Shown piece by piece: positions 57,250 to 64,000 of a stretch of DNA of 64,000 nucleotides. Source of the stretch: Candidatus Wallbacteria bacterium (GTDB lineage: Bacteria > Muiribacteriota > UBA9980); assembly GCA_022703765.1 (NCBI GenBank), contig JAKJHQ010000001.1:81854-145853 (forward strand), written 5' to 3'. Each line of letters begins with the position of its first letter. Positions within the stretch are counted from its first letter, which is position 1. The translations under genes were made by a program, and so were the position numbers. The notes under the pieces were generated by a model, which was not told the origin of the DNA, ran no database searches, and was given only the letters and a program-made list of their open reading frames with translations.

Positions 57250-58334
57250 GGGACCGCCCTTCGCGTTTTAGTGAGTATGACTTTATAAGTTTTCGAATAT
57301 TTTCTGTGCATCTCCGATTGTATCTTTTCGAAATGCGCGTTCAACGCTTCAGGAGTTTCGCGCGGATCAAAAAGCACGTACATCGAAGACCCCGAACCGG
57401 TCATCATTACGTTTTTATAGCCCATTAAATATAACGCTTCCTTCAAGTCGCGGATCTGGTGTTTTCTTGCGAAAACAGGCTCTTCGAGCTTGTTATATAG
57501 ATTGGGGCCTATTTCGGCGAAACCCCCATCGCCCATCAGCGAGGCTATCTTTTCGGCGCGCGCCACCGCTACGGCCCTTATCCTTGCTTCTTCCTCGCCT
57601 TTGACCGACGAAAGGTCGTATTTCACGAAATTCTTTACGTTGTTATACGCGTCGCGAGACGAAACTTCAAAATTAGGATAGACTAACACCAGCGGCCACG
57701 GATTGAAATCGTAAAAAGCGGTGAATTTTTCGCCTATGCCTTCGGCCAGTATGGCGCCGCCTTTTAACCCGAACGCCACGTCGGCGCCCACGCGCCCCGC
57801 TATCGCCATCAAAAGCTCCTGGGAATAATTGAAGTCAAACAGATAATTCAGCGCCTTGAGCGTCGCCGCCGCGTTAGATGACCCGCCGCCCAGCCCGGCC
57901 CCGGTCGGAACTTTTTTATCGAATAATACGTAAATATAAGCCGTTTCAGCCAGCTTTTTGAACGGCACGTGGGAAAATAGCTTTTTGACCGCTATCGCCA
58001 CCGTATTCAGGCTGTCGCACGGAACGCTAAAACATTTTTCGGTGTCGTCTTCGGAAACTATTATCAGCTTTATATTTTCAGAAGCTAAAAATATCGAGCC
58101 GCTGGCCGTTTTTTTATAAGGCAGCTTGAATATCTTTGCCACATAATCAGCAGTATGCTCGATTTTGGAAACGTAAAAATGGACGTAATCGCAAAGATCT
58201 ATAGATGAAAACAAAGTAATTATCTCGTGATATCCCTGCGGGTCCGGCATTTTTTTTATTACGTCGAGAAAAAGGTTTATCTTAGCGTATGAATTTACCT
58301 TAAGAGGCTTATTGTAAATTATATTCGCTTCCAT
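57228..58334 (-). CDS. ispE: 4-diphosphocytidyl-2-C-methyl-D-erythritol kinase (GHMP kinase), with a C-terminal extension
   Basis: AKINLFLDV and the GHMP motif PTGAGLGGGSSNAAA. At 368 aa it is longer than a typical IspE (~290 aa). Confidence 0.75.
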   Translation of the reverse strand: MEANIIYNKPLKVNSYAKINLFLDVIKKMPDPQGYHEIITLFSSIDLCDYVHFYVSKIEHTADYVAKIFKLPYKKTASGSIFLASENIKLIIVSEDDTEKCFSVPCDSLNTVAIAVKKLFSHVPFKKLAETAYIYVLFDKKVPTGAGLGGGSSNAAATLKALNYLFDFNYSQELLMAIAGRVGADVAFGLKGGAILAEGIGEKFTAFYDFNPWPLVLVYPNFEVSSRDAYNNVKNFVKYDLSSVKGEEEARIRAVAVARAEKIASLMGDGGFAEIGPNLYNKLEEPVFARKHQIRDLKEALYLMGYKNVMMTGSGSSMYVLFDPRETPEALNAHFEKIQSEMHRKYSKTYKVILTKTRRAVPWEKILS

Positions 58335-58355
58335 CGTTATAAAAACACCACTTTT

Positions 58356-59147
58356 CTATTTAATGACTGCTTTGAGGTACTCTAGGTCTTCTACGGTAGT
58401 AATTTTAAGATTATCAGACGGACTTTTAAATATTTTCACTTCATAACCGAAATGAACGGCCAGAGAAGATTCGTCGGTAAAAGCCGCGGGCGCGGAACCG
58501 GCCGTTTTTAAATGCCTGTCGAAACATTCCAGCAATATTTTTAAGTTAAAGATCTGCGGCGTGACCACTTTATATATTTTATCGCGGTCCTCATAGCCTT
58601 TGATAAAGCCCGCGGCATCCACCCTGCACAGCGTGTCGTACGAAGGCGACGCCATTACCAGCCCCGCATAGCGGCCGCCGCCCGCAAAAGCTTCGAAGTA
58701 AGCTTCCGCCGCCGCCTTAAACGCCGCTTCGGAAAAATTCGGGCGCGCCCCGTCGTGTATTACCACCGCCGCGTTAACCGGATTTCGGACTAAAGACGAT
58801 ATTTTTAAAAGGCCGTTCAGCACCGACTCGGAACGAACCATGCCGCCCGGGGTTTTATGCACCGGCATATTTAACGGCTTCGCGCCGCGCGCCCTTACTA
58901 AATATTCAGGCGCGCTTTTCATCATGGAATCGAACGCCGCTTCGTCGCGCTGCGCTATTACCGCTACCGCCGCGTCTATAAAAGACATGCGGTCGAATTT
59001 GTCGAGCGAGTGAAAAAGAACCGGCGCGCCGTTCAGATCGGCATAAACCTTATTCGCGCCGCCCGCGGCCGCCCCCATTCTCGAAGAACTTCCGGCCGCC
59101 GCGATCAGAAGATATATTTCATGTTCACAACCGCGGTAACAAAACAT
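58356..59147 (-). CDS. ispD: 2-C-methyl-D-erythritol 4-phosphate cytidylyltransferase
   Basis: LLIAAAGSSSRMG, VIHDGARP. Confidence 0.75.
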   Translation of the reverse strand: MFCYRGCEHEIYLLIAAAGSSSRMGAAAGGANKVYADLNGAPVLFHSLDKFDRMSFIDAAVAVIAQRDEAAFDSMMKSAPEYLVRARGAKPLNMPVHKTPGGMVRSESVLNGLLKISSLVRNPVNAAVVIHDGARPNFSEAAFKAAAEAYFEAFAGGGRYAGLVMASPSYDTLCRVDAAGFIKGYEDRDKIYKVVTPQIFNLKILLECFDRHLKTAGSAPAAFTDESSLAVHFGYEVKIFKSPSDNLKITTVEDLEYLKAVIK

Positions 59148-59185
59148 AACGCCATCCTCCGGACGGCCCCGAAAAATCCGGCCGC

Positions 59186-60682
59186 TTACTCCGCCTTATA
59201 CACGTACTCGTCATTTTCTTTTACTATTTCTTTCATTTCAATGAGAGCGTCAAGCATTTTAGTGAGCTGCTCGACTTTATTATTGACGCCGAATATATAT
59301 TCGCTTACCAGCGGCAGGTCCTGGGTTCCCACGTTCGTTATTTTAACTATCCTTTTTAAATATAATATGTCGAGCTTTTCCCTGATATCGGCTATCGGAC
59401 AGTTAATGCGCATGGGCTGAGAATACGTGATATACGACGACGAATCCATGCCTTCGAAAACTCCGGTGAATTTCAGGGCGGTGAATATATTTGAAATAGC
59501 GCTCTTGCTGAACGTATTCTTGTTGCGGTGATAGACCTCGCGCGCCAGAAAATTAAGCGTTCTCTTATTGTTATCGCCGAAGCTGGAATATACATCCATA
59601 AAACTCTTAACCACGGCCTGCTTCATGGACGGGTTGATGTAAATGCCCATCCTTTTCAGGCCGCGCTCTATCTGATAACGCTTGGAGTACGAAAACATAT
59701 TTCCCGAAAGGACGAATTTACGCGATTCACAGGCCAGATCTATAGCGTGCCTGAAATCCTTGATGTCGTACTTTTCAAATTTAATCGAAGGATAGCTTTT
59801 GTCGAAAAGCCTTTTGACCCTGTCGAGCCTGGCCGCTTTATCCGCCAGTTCATGCTTTTCGAACAGCTGAATGAAAAAGTTTATAAAATTCGCTTGCTTG
59901 AAATTTATGCCTAAATTTAAAGAATCGGTCCTGGCGTCATTTTTAAGAATATCGTTATCGCCGTCGGCGGCCTTGTGCTCTTCGCCCGCGCTGAATTCGG
60001 CCCCCGCCGGACGAACGCCTATTTCAGTCTGGTTCCAGGTGGTTTCTATCGCGCGGATAAGCGCGTCGGCATTTTTGAAATCGCTTTTTTCCAATTTGAA
60101 AGAAGGGTCGAAATGCTTTATGGTAGCCATCATGTTGTCCATGGTGGGCTTGATCCCGCGGTTTTTAATCACGCCGTAAGCTTTTCTGGCCAGCAGCATA
60201 TAATAATCGCGATGATCGAGCGGAGGCGGTTCCTCGCTCTTAACCAGATTTTCATAAAAGGTGAACCGGTCGCATACTTTGGCCAGAAGAAGAGACGTGT
60301 TGTTTTTAGACGCTATTATAACGACGAACTTGCCGTACTCTTTCAGCTTTAACACCAGCGGTATAAAGTCGGCGTCGCCGGTCACGAAAACGAATATGTT
60401 TATGTTCGGCCTGGTGAAAACCACTTCCATGGCGTCGACCGTTATCGTTATGTCGTTGCCCTGCTTGTCGCTTAAATTGAACCTTGGCCGGTCTATAAGC
60501 TCTACCGAATATGAAGCCATCTCCGGCCTGTAAAGCGCGTCGCGCACCCAGTCGCCGTAAGCCCTCTTTTTGACGACCCAGCCGAAATTATCCGAATAAT
60601 CGAATATTATCCGCGGATCGACCTTCTGATTGTCGTAATCGAAAAAAACCGCTACCTGTGAATTTCTTTCCTCCATAACCAT
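59186..60682 (-). CDS. NYN (LabA-like) nuclease-domain protein with C-terminal OST-HTH/LOTUS domains
   Basis: N-terminal VAVFFDYDN...VFVTGDADFIPLV is the NYN/LabA fold. The C-terminal half is typical of OST-HTH repeats. Confidence 0.6.
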   Translation of the reverse strand: MVMEERNSQVAVFFDYDNQKVDPRIIFDYSDNFGWVVKKRAYGDWVRDALYRPEMASYSVELIDRPRFNLSDKQGNDITITVDAMEVVFTRPNINIFVFVTGDADFIPLVLKLKEYGKFVVIIASKNNTSLLLAKVCDRFTFYENLVKSEEPPPLDHRDYYMLLARKAYGVIKNRGIKPTMDNMMATIKHFDPSFKLEKSDFKNADALIRAIETTWNQTEIGVRPAGAEFSAGEEHKAADGDNDILKNDARTDSLNLGINFKQANFINFFIQLFEKHELADKAARLDRVKRLFDKSYPSIKFEKYDIKDFRHAIDLACESRKFVLSGNMFSYSKRYQIERGLKRMGIYINPSMKQAVVKSFMDVYSSFGDNNKRTLNFLAREVYHRNKNTFSKSAISNIFTALKFTGVFEGMDSSSYITYSQPMRINCPIADIREKLDILYLKRIVKITNVGTQDLPLVSEYIFGVNNKVEQLTKMLDALIEMKEIVKENDEYVYKAE

Positions 60683-62172
60683 TAAAAGAAAAGGGTAGTG
60701 CCGAAATTAATTAACTTCGATTTATCGCGCCTGCCGACGGGAAACGCATCGCCGGGTGAAAACACGCCGTAGTTCACATATATAAGAGTGTCTGAATATG
60801 CGCGCCAGGTCATATATAAATCGTAGCCGGTGCCCACTTTTTTATTTGCGACCGTCGCCAGCGAATCGGAAATCGCGCCGTTAACGTCGGATTTATTGTA
60901 TATCATATATTTCGCGCCGAGCTGCATCTCTTTGAACGCTTCCGATTTATAGAACGGTTTTATAAATCCCCCGAATTTGAATACGTTTATATTCGAAAAA
61001 CGCGGGTGCAGCGCCAGGCCCAGATCGTAAACGCCGTAAGGCATGAAATTCTTGTCGTCGGTGCCCGCGCGATTTCCGCCGATTACGTCCGTTACCGATG
61101 CCCTGTCCGGATCGCCCGACGCGTGAGCGTATTCGAGCGTGAGGAAGGGTTTGTATTTGTTTTTCTGGAAGTAATAATCGGTGCCCAGATAATACGCATT
61201 GGCTTTTATCGAATCCGTACCAGTGAGCGCGTTCGAAGCCGCAGTCTTTCCATTCTGCATTACGTATTCAAAATAATATGGCCAGTTCGGCTTGAAACTG
61301 CCTTCAATGCCGGCGCCTGCATAGTTGGCGTCGTAATCGAAATCTTTTGTGGATGCAGGAATTTTAACCTTGCCGTCGCGTTCTGCCAGGACATAACCGT
61401 AAACTTTTTTGTTTTTTAAGCCTAAATAATCGGCCTGGAACCCATAAAAATCACGGTAGCTGCGGTTCAAATAGCCGGCGTTGCTCTGGTCGGCGTTGGT
61501 TTCGCGCGGCTGCGTGCGCGCCGCGAAGCCGTTGAGAACCCACCTGGGGTAAAGTTTTTCAACGTGTATTCCGTCGTGGATATTTGCGTACGTAAAGCCG
61601 CGGCCCACCCTGAGGAACTGGCGGCCTATTTTAACACTTAAATCAGGCTTGCGGTTGAACGTGTAATAAAGCATGTCGAACTTAAGGCCTATGTTTTTTG
61701 AATTAGGAGGCGCTAACGAATTGTCGCCTTTTAAATTAAGACGGCCGTAACGGGCCCTTACATAATAACTGTCGTTATTGTCGAGACGCTTAGACAGCCA
61801 GAAACGAAGGTCCGGAGCGTCCGCGCCCGTCGGCGAATCCGCGATGGCTGAACTTTTATCTTCGTTTATGAACTTATAATAGTTGTACGCGAACACGAAG
61901 CCCCAGCGGCTCGAAAGATCGCGCGGAACCAGATAACTCATGTCGTTAGAGGCGAACATAAGATTTGAAATGGTTGAAGAAACCGGAATTGAATTCTCGC
62001 CGGAACGTAAATCCCCGCCGGACGAAGTTTCGGTTGAAGGTGCATTCGCTTTAGCTGACGATTCCGACTTTTTGGCTTCAGAAGCCGCTTTTTTATCGGC
62101 CGCCGCGGCCGGAGCCAGCGTTAAGCAGAACGCCGTTATAACCATGACCGTTACAGTTAAAATCTTTTTCAT
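60682..62172 (-). CDS. Outer-membrane beta-barrel protein (alginate-export/porin-like)
   Basis: Signal peptide, alternating amphipathic Tyr/Gly-rich strands, and a C-terminal ...TTLFF (terminal Phe) characteristic of Gram-negative OMPs. Confidence 0.5.
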   Translation of the reverse strand: MKKILTVTVMVITAFCLTLAPAAAADKKAASEAKKSESSAKANAPSTETSSGGDLRSGENSIPVSSTISNLMFASNDMSYLVPRDLSSRWGFVFAYNYYKFINEDKSSAIADSPTGADAPDLRFWLSKRLDNNDSYYVRARYGRLNLKGDNSLAPPNSKNIGLKFDMLYYTFNRKPDLSVKIGRQFLRVGRGFTYANIHDGIHVEKLYPRWVLNGFAARTQPRETNADQSNAGYLNRSYRDFYGFQADYLGLKNKKVYGYVLAERDGKVKIPASTKDFDYDANYAGAGIEGSFKPNWPYYFEYVMQNGKTAASNALTGTDSIKANAYYLGTDYYFQKNKYKPFLTLEYAHASGDPDRASVTDVIGGNRAGTDDKNFMPYGVYDLGLALHPRFSNINVFKFGGFIKPFYKSEAFKEMQLGAKYMIYNKSDVNGAISDSLATVANKKVGTGYDLYMTWRAYSDTLIYVNYGVFSPGDAFPVGRRDKSKLINFGTTLFF

Positions 62173-62252
62173 TTGCTTTTATATCCCGCCTTCCAATATA
62201 AAATAATTAATATCGTTTTAAATTTTATACGGCCGGACGCCGCGTTAACCGA

Positions 62253-62846
62253 TTATTTTAACGGCTCTATCTGAACCGCCGGCTTGTTTTCTTCCGTTGC
62301 GCTTTCTTCCGCCGCATCTTTACGGCCGGCTTCGTTATATTCTTTGGCGCGCTGTAAAAGCGAAACGAGGTCCGGACCGCTCATAACGTCTTTAGCGGAA
62401 GATTCCGGCATGACTTTATAATATGCCATGTCCTGCAGGCAGTTTCTCTGCGAACGGCCCGTCAGCTTTATAATAGCCCCGCCCTTCATGTTCAGGGCGC
62501 GGTGGAAAAGAAGCGCCGCAAAACCTCTGGTTAGAGGTTTTTTATCGTTGATCATAGTGCGCTCGCCTATGACTTTGATATCGCGTAAAACCCTTATTTT
62601 TTGCTCTACCGAAAGCTTGTCGATGCTTTTATTTTTGAAAATCATCAATACGTCTATCAAATCCGAAACGGTAGCCTGCTTTTTTTCCATCAGCGTAAAT
62701 ACCGAAGACGAACCCGTAACTTTGGCTTCGGCCGCGAAAGCCGCGGACGCGAAAATAAACGATAGCGCCATAACCACTAATATGCTTTTAAAAACTAACT
62801 TATTCAACTTTATCACCTCGTTAAAATATTTGCCGATTATTTCCAT
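62253..62846 (-). CDS. Hypothetical secreted protein
   Basis: Signal peptide SILVVMALSFIFASAAFA. No recognisable domain. Confidence 0.3.
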   Translation of the reverse strand: MEIIGKYFNEVIKLNKLVFKSILVVMALSFIFASAAFAAEAKVTGSSSVFTLMEKKQATVSDLIDVLMIFKNKSIDKLSVEQKIRVLRDIKVIGERTMINDKKPLTRGFAALLFHRALNMKGGAIIKLTGRSQRNCLQDMAYYKVMPESSAKDVMSGPDLVSLLQRAKEYNEAGRKDAAEESATEENKPAVQIEPLK

Positions 62847-63625
62847 CTGACCGTCAGCCTGCCGAACTCGTGCTTGGTCTCTTCGAGAACTTCTTTGACG
62901 ACTTCTTTGCTGGTCTCAACTTCGCTGCGCGCGTCGGAAAACGTTTCTACGAATTTCTTCTCGTCCTCGGTAAGCGACTGGTTGGTTACCGTTACTTTCG
63001 ATTCTTCAGCTACCAGCTTCGTATTGGATTCAGGAATTGACGTTTCGTTTTTAACCATCGTCGATTCGTCTTTTGAAACCGTTACTTTCTGCCCCAGATT
63101 ATTGGAAACCTCTACCACGCCCGTAATCGTATGGACCTGGGTTCCAAACCCCGGATGCACGGTTATCTCTTTTTCGGTGCCCCTTACCGATATCGTGGAA
63201 ACCGGCGTCTTAACCTGAAAATTAGTGTTCTTGTCAACGTCTTTATGAACCGTGGCGCGGACCTTTCCGTTGTAAAGCGTCACTTCGGTATCCACTTTCT
63301 TTAATTCGCTGGTGAATTTATTTACCTGTATTTTTGAAAGCTCTTTTATTTTCATCTTCGATTTATCCATGAACTCGAGTTCGCAATTAGACTCGAACGC
63401 CGTCATTATATATGCGCCCTGGCTGAGCTGCTGGTTGACGCTCGCAGGTTTCCACTCGGCGCTGTCGCCGGTTTTAACCGTAACGTCGCCTTCGAGCGCC
63501 ACAATTTTAGCCGAAACATCCTGGGCATAAGCCGGTTGATCGCCGGAAACAAAAACGGCCGCCGCAAAAGCAGTGCAAATTATTGCCAGCGCTTTTGTGT
63601 AGCCGGTAAACTTAATTCTCATCAC
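62837..63625 (-). CDS. FecR-domain-containing secreted protein
   Basis: Signal peptide. The motif LEGDVTVK...GAYIMT...NCELEF...GKVRATV...QVKTPVSTISVRGTE matches the FecR (PF04773) beta-sandwich pattern. Confidence 0.55.
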   Translation of the reverse strand: MMRIKFTGYTKALAIICTAFAAAVFVSGDQPAYAQDVSAKIVALEGDVTVKTGDSAEWKPASVNQQLSQGAYIMTAFESNCELEFMDKSKMKIKELSKIQVNKFTSELKKVDTEVTLYNGKVRATVHKDVDKNTNFQVKTPVSTISVRGTEKEITVHPGFGTQVHTITGVVEVSNNLGQKVTVSKDESTMVKNETSIPESNTKLVAEESKVTVTNQSLTEDEKKFVETFSDARSEVETSKEVVKEVLEETKHEFGRLTVRWK

Positions 63626-63812
63626 AACCTCCGTAGAACTTTATAAGTTAAATTTTATTAACCCGATAAACCGCATGACGGTATATTATATATATTATCT
63701 TACAAACCACTCAAAAAATCAACATAATTTTTATTTTTTATTTATTACCGCTTACCGCCGCAAAAGCATCTAAATACCCATAAAAATGCCGCATGCTTTT
63801 TCGCCAGCCGCT

Positions 63813-64000
63813 TTACGCTTCGCCAATCTCCGCCAGATAATCAGCCAGCGCTTCCTGCCACGGACGTAATCCCTTGAAACCCGAATAATAAAGCGCCGTC
63901 TTCAATAGCCTTGAATTTTTAGGCCGCGCGGCCGGCCTTTTAAACGCCTCCGAATCGACAGCGTTTACCTTTACCCCGTCCATCGCGGATAATTTTAAAA
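63813..64000 (-). CDS. Partial CDS (C-terminal 62 aa only; N-terminus beyond the window), unknown function
   Basis: The minus-strand frame is open from the window end to a TAA at 63813-63815 and encodes ...LKTALYYSGFKGLRPWQEALADYLAEIGEA*. Confidence 0.3.
   Translation of the reverse strand, partial: LKLSAMDGVKVNAVDSEAFKRPAARPKNSRLLKTALYYSGFKGLRPWQEALADYLAEIGEA

Overview
This 64 kb window reads as chromosomal DNA from an uncultivated, probably diderm anaerobic bacterium (pseudopilins, a C-terminal-Phe beta-barrel OMP, FecR-domain protein, HydABC-type [FeFe]-hydrogenase, MEP pathway). I saw no transposase, integrase or CRISPR array.

Gene content in order:
- Pseudopilin genes (minus strand, 1-2281).
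- An [FeFe]-hydrogenase locus (2596-14236): a Rex::HydC(NuoE-like) fusion ORF, hydB and hydA, a CheY-like receiver overlapping the hydA stop, a HydS-type sensory H-cluster domain fused to a histidine kinase, a receiver/PAS/kinase hybrid, and the maturase hydG. hydG overlaps a TagF-like gene, which is followed by an LtaS/sulfatase-like membrane enzyme.
- Two secreted coiled-coil paralogs.
- A nucleotide-sugar modification cluster on the minus strand (17429-25690) that contains an orphan MurC-type ligase and abuts tRNA-Lys.
- A STAS anti-sigma-factor antagonist.
- comEA-recA-comEC.
- A 1.2 kb noncoding tract (31948-33148) with degenerate direct repeats and a perfect GC palindrome.
- A stress/detox neighbourhood: serine-hydrolase, ankyrin, MBL, pirin, GNAT, TspO, nitroreductase.
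- A large secreted GH57-like hydrolase, a DJ-1/PfpI-ferritin-like fusion, an MFS transporter and a rhomboid protease.
- tRNA-Met, tRNA-fMet and tRNA-Leu.
- DUF2141, MscS, hemC, a MOFRL glycerate-kinase-like gene, a DsbD-like membrane protein and selB.
- A frameshifted Cys-rich PAS histidine kinase.
- ispD-ispE-dxr-ispF, a NYN/OST-HTH protein, the OMP and the FecR-domain protein.

The strongest candidate for a novel system is the H2-sensing signalling architecture: HydS-HK, a hybrid kinase, two receiver domains, and Rex fused to a hydrogenase subunit, with no DNA-binding output domain other than Rex. The orphan-MurC glycan cluster and the structured repeat-bearing intergenic region are the next most interesting.
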